A DNA stretch of 64,000 bases from Gemmatimonadaceae bacterium (GTDB taxonomy: Bacteria > Gemmatimonadota > Gemmatimonadetes > Gemmatimonadales > Gemmatimonadaceae): NCBI GenBank assembly GCA_035444005.1, contig DAOMNV010000007.1, positions 11,604 through 75,603 of the forward strand. Reading direction: 5' to 3'. The position numbers and the translations under genes are program-made. The notes under the pieces were generated by a model. It saw only the letters and a program-made list of their open reading frames with translations, had not been told where the DNA came from and ran no database searches. Below, piece by piece: positions 60,968-64,000 of the stretch; position 1 is the stretch's first letter; every line of letters starts with the position of its first letter.

Positions 60968-62959
60968 GTGCAACCTCTCGTCATCGCTCCCGAAGGTCGC
61001 GCCTTCCCCGCCCTGCCCGCGCTCGGCGCGGACAGCTCCGTCGAAGTGCGGCGCGTGCAACGGCTGCCGCACGCCAGCGAACTGCCCGCCGACCGCCCGG
61101 TCGTGATCCTCATCGACAGCGCGCTGAGCCACGGATCAGCCGCGCACCTCGCGCCGCTGGCGGACCTCGCCGCGCTCGTCGGCGTCGGCGAACTCGGCGA
61201 AGCGGGCCCCACGGGCGCGCTCGCCGACGCGGCGCTGGTGGGCTGGCTGCCAGCGGACGCACATCCCGCACTCGGCCGCACCGTGCTGCAGGGCGCGCTG
61301 CGTCACGCGGCGACCATCGTCGCGGCGACGCGCTCGCGGCAGGCGCAGCAATCGTCGGCCACGGATCTCCGCGAACTCTCGCGAGTCGGCGCCGCGCTGG
61401 CCACCGAGCGCGACCTCGACACCCTGCTCGGGTTGATCCTCACGCAGGCGCGGCGGCTCGCCAACGCGGACGCGGGCTCGCTGTACCTCGTCGAGGCCGA
61501 CGAGGACGGCAATCCCACCTCGCTGCGCTTCAAGCTCTCGCAGAACACCACCCTGCCCGAGCTGCCGTTCAGCGAGTTCACGATTCCCATCGACCACACG
61601 TCGCTCTCGGGCTACGTCGCGGCGACGGGCGAGCGCCTGATGATCGGCGACGTGTACCTGCTGCCCGAGCACGTGAGCTACCGGCAGAACCGCAGCTTCG
61701 ACGACAAGTTCGGCTACCGCACCAAGAGTATGCTGGTGCAGCCGATGTTCACCTTGAAGGACGACGTGATCGGCGTGCTGCAGTTGATCAACCGCAAGCG
61801 CGACTTCGACGTGCCGCTGGACTCGGCGGCGCGCGTGGCCGAGCAGGTGCTGCCGTTCGACGAGTACTCGGCGGAGATGGTCGCCGCGCTGGCCGCGCAG
61901 GCGGCGGTGGCCATCGAGAACTCGCGGCTCTACGAGGACATCGAGCGCTTGTTCGAGGGCTTCGTGACGGCGGCGGTGACGGCGATCGAGTCCCGCGACC
62001 CGACGACCTCGGGTCACTCGTTCCGCGTGGCGACGCTGACGACGGGACTGGCCGAGACGGTGGACCGCGCGGGCGAGGGGCCGTACAAGGGGCTCACGTT
62101 CACCAAGGAGCAGTTGCGCGAACTGCGCTATGCCGGCCTGCTGCACGACTTCGGCAAGGTGGGCGTGCGCGAGCAGGTGCTGGTGAAGCAGAAGAAGCTC
62201 TACAACCACGACCTCGCGTTGGTGCGGGGGCGCTTCCAGTTCCTGATGCAGCAGGCGGACCTGGAGTACGAGCGGGAGCGCGCGGAGTACTTGGTGGAGC
62301 ACGGCCAGCGCGACTACGCCGAGGCGGCGGCGCGGCTCGATGAGTATCGCCGCGAGCGGCGCGAGCAGTTGCTGCGTTGGCTGGAGTCGATCTCGCGGGC
62401 CAACGAGCCGACGATCCTGCCCGAGGGGACGTTCACGGAGCTGGAGGAGATCCACCGGCAGACCTACGTGGACTTCGACGGCGTGGTGCGGCCGTTGCTG
62501 AGCGACGACGAGCTGCGCTTCCTGATGATCGACAAGGGCAACCTCGACCCGCGCGAGCGGCGCGAGATCGAGAGCCACGTGACGCACACGTATCGCTTCC
62601 TGCAGCAGATCCCGTGGACGCGGGAGCTGAAGGGCATCCCGGACATCGCGTACGGGCACCACGAGAAGCTGAACGGCCGCGGCTATCCGCGCGGCGTGGG
62701 CGAGGCGGATATCCCGGTGCAGACGCGGATGATGACGATTGCGGACATCTACGACGCGCTGACTGCGACGGACCGGCCGTACAAGCGCGCGGTGCCGGCG
62801 GAGCGTGCGCTGGATATCCTGCACGCCGAGGCGAAAGGTGGGCTGGTGGATCCGCACCTGCTCGCGACGTTCACGGCGGCGCAGGTCTGGCGGCGCGTCA
62901 CGCCGTCCGAGGGGACGAAGCGGCGGAGCGGGCAGACTGGGCAGTTTCCGGTGCCTTGA
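60968..62959 (+). CDS. GAF-domain + HD-GYP domain protein (putative c-di-GMP phosphodiesterase)
   Basis: HD-GYP signatures: HSFRVATL; LLHDFGKVGV; HHEKLNGRGYPRG. A GAF domain lies upstream. GTG start. Confidence 0.8.
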   Translation: MQPLVIAPEGRAFPALPALGADSSVEVRRVQRLPHASELPADRPVVILIDSALSHGSAAHLAPLADLAALVGVGELGEAGPTGALADAALVGWLPADAHPALGRTVLQGALRHAATIVAATRSRQAQQSSATDLRELSRVGAALATERDLDTLLGLILTQARRLANADAGSLYLVEADEDGNPTSLRFKLSQNTTLPELPFSEFTIPIDHTSLSGYVAATGERLMIGDVYLLPEHVSYRQNRSFDDKFGYRTKSMLVQPMFTLKDDVIGVLQLINRKRDFDVPLDSAARVAEQVLPFDEYSAEMVAALAAQAAVAIENSRLYEDIERLFEGFVTAAVTAIESRDPTTSGHSFRVATLTTGLAETVDRAGEGPYKGLTFTKEQLRELRYAGLLHDFGKVGVREQVLVKQKKLYNHDLALVRGRFQFLMQQADLEYERERAEYLVEHGQRDYAEAAARLDEYRRERREQLLRWLESISRANEPTILPEGTFTELEEIHRQTYVDFDGVVRPLLSDDELRFLMIDKGNLDPRERREIESHVTHTYRFLQQIPWTRELKGIPDIAYGHHEKLNGRGYPRGVGEADIPVQTRMMTIADIYDALTATDRPYKRAVPAERALDILHAEAKGGLVDPHLLATFTAAQVWRRVTPSEGTKRRSGQTGQFPVP

Positions 62960-63110
62960 ACTGCAACTGCAATTACCACGGAGACACGGAGACACGGAGG
63001 CTGCAACTGCAGGGACTTCTAGGGGGCTCGCATCGAAGTTTTCGGCGCGAGCCCCCTAAGAATTGCAGTTGCAGTCTCCGTGCCTCCGTGCCTCCGTGGT
63101 GACCGCAGTT
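62960..63110. repeat. family-B palindromic element (compound, nested palindromes)
   Basis: Arms are CTGCAACTGCAATTACCACGGAGACACGGAGACACGGAGG...CCTCCGTGCCTCCGTGGTGACCGCAG. An inner CTGCAACTGCAG/CTGCAGTTGCAG pair and a central CTAGGGGGCTCGC...GCGAGCCCCCTAAG hairpin are nested inside. Confidence 0.7.
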
Positions 63111-64000
63111 AAGCCGTTCCCCACCCACCCCCACCTGGCGTACGGATCTCGAGCACATCACCAGGCTGCAATGCGCGCCGGCACTTGGCGGGCAGGGGCT
63201 CGCCGTTCAGGAGGTTCTCGCCGCGCGCGCCGTCGGCGCCGCCCTGGGCGCCCTTGGGCGCGCGGGCGCGGCGCTCGGTGAGCAGCGTGACCGTGCAGGG
63301 TTCGAGCACGCGGTACCGGCGGACGACGCCGTCGCCGCCGTTGTGCTTGCCGCTGCCGCCGCTGCCTTCGCGCAGGGCGTAGCGCTCGATGACGATCGGG
63401 TACGCGTGCTCCAGCGATTCGATCGGCGTGTTGCGCGTGTTGCTCATCCCCACGTGGACGCCGCTGGGGCCTGGGCCTTTGCTGCTCGCGCCCTGCCCGC
63501 CGCCGAGCGTTTCGTAGAAGGTCCAGCCGCGACCGCCGAAGGTGACGTTGTTCATCGTGCCCTGCCCCTGCGCGGGCACGTCGACGCCGGCGGCGGCGAG
63601 CGCGGCGAAGAGCAGGTCGGTGAGGCGTTGGCTCATCTCGACGTTGCCGGCGGCGACGGCGGCCGGTGCCTTCGCGGCGACGCAGCAATCGTCGGGCGTC
63701 ACGATCACGATCGGCCGCGCGATGCCGTCGTTGGTCGGTACGTCGTCGTCGAGGATGCTGCGCAGCACGAACAGTGCCGCCGCGCGCGTGACCTGGATGG
63801 GGCAGTTCACGTTGCCGGCGACCATCGGGCTGCTGCCGGCGAAGTCGAGGTGCAGGCTGCCCTGCTCCACGCGGAGCGTGACGCGGAGCGGCACTTCGCG
63901 CTCGCTGACGCCGTCGCCCTCGAGCGCGTCCTCGGCGACGCTGCGCGCGCCCTCGAGCTGCGCGAGGCGCGCGCGGGCGCGACGCTCGGCGTAGTCGAGC
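63109..64000 (-). CDS. hydantoinase B / 5-oxoprolinase-family protein (C-terminal part; gene continues beyond window end)
   Basis: The C-terminus ...LQPGDVLEIRTPGGGGWGT and upstream region match HyuB-family proteins. There is no in-frame stop between 63894 and 64000. Confidence 0.7.
   Translation of the reverse strand, partial: LDYAERRARARLAQLEGARSVAEDALEGDGVSEREVPLRVTLRVEQGSLHLDFAGSSPMVAGNVNCPIQVTRAAALFVLRSILDDDVPTNDGIARPIVIVTPDDCCVAAKAPAAVAAGNVEMSQRLTDLLFAALAAAGVDVPAQGQGTMNNVTFGGRGWTFYETLGGGQGASSKGPGPSGVHVGMSNTRNTPIESLEHAYPIVIERYALREGSGGSGKHNGGDGVVRRYRVLEPCTVTLLTERRARAPKGAQGGADGARGENLLNGEPLPAKCRRALQPGDVLEIRTPGGGGWGTA

Overview
This is a 64-kb window from a high-GC (about 68-70%) bacterial chromosome, probably a diderm. 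The phylum cannot be proven from sequence alone. Several gene associations suggest a Gemmatimonadota-like organism: SPOR proteins, a BamA-like barrel fused to PD40 repeats, and a DUF2232 gene between rpsR and rplI.

The core housekeeping genes, in order, are: rmlA (partial), prs-rplY-pth, the H+-pyrophosphatase hppA, ychF, a TPR protein, rpsF-rpsR-DUF2232-rplI, rsfS, and a large peptidase/PD40 beta-propeller/Omp85-barrel gene that carries an apparent frameshift. These are followed by two SPOR-domain proteins, smc, a DAHP synthase, ctp, tmk, a YlbF-like gene and prmC. After the island come S9 and M48 peptidases, an AAA/DUF4143 ATPase, DedA, a GT2 glycosyltransferase, a flotillin/NfeD pair, and prfA with an apparent N-terminal frameshift. 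The window ends with rpmE, a Crp/Fnr regulator, an MBL hydrolase, a GAF/HD-GYP phosphodiesterase and a partial hydantoinase-B-like gene.

Between prmC (ending about 26.04 kb) and the S9 peptidase (about 45.09 kb) lies a roughly 19-kb lower-GC accessory defence island. It contains:
- a HamA/HamB (Hachiman)-like nuclease-plus-SF2-helicase pair;
- an HTH-DUF433/DUF5615 (PIN-like) toxin-antitoxin-like pair;
- a stand-alone HEPN (Rx4H) protein;
- McrBC, whose McrB has a long N-terminal EVE/PUA-like extension;
- a complete type I R-M system (hsdMSR);
- an HhH-GPD glycosylase-like gene;
- a Phd/YefM-like antitoxin and a NYN RNase.

No integrase or tRNA marks the island borders.

Two families of palindromic intergenic repeat elements are present. 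Family A (GAGACTTGAGACGTGAGACGTGAGA arms) has five sites between 1.9 and 8.3 kb. One pair of arms flanks a four-helix-bundle (23S-IVS/Avd-like) gene as a roughly 660-bp terminal-inverted-repeat (TIR) unit. Family B (TTCACCACGGAGACACGGAGAC arms with nested palindromes) has three copies, at about 10.6, 21.8 and 63.0 kb.

No rRNA, tRNA or CRISPR array was detected. Many antisense or out-of-frame ORFs in the six-frame track are high-GC artefacts and were ignored.
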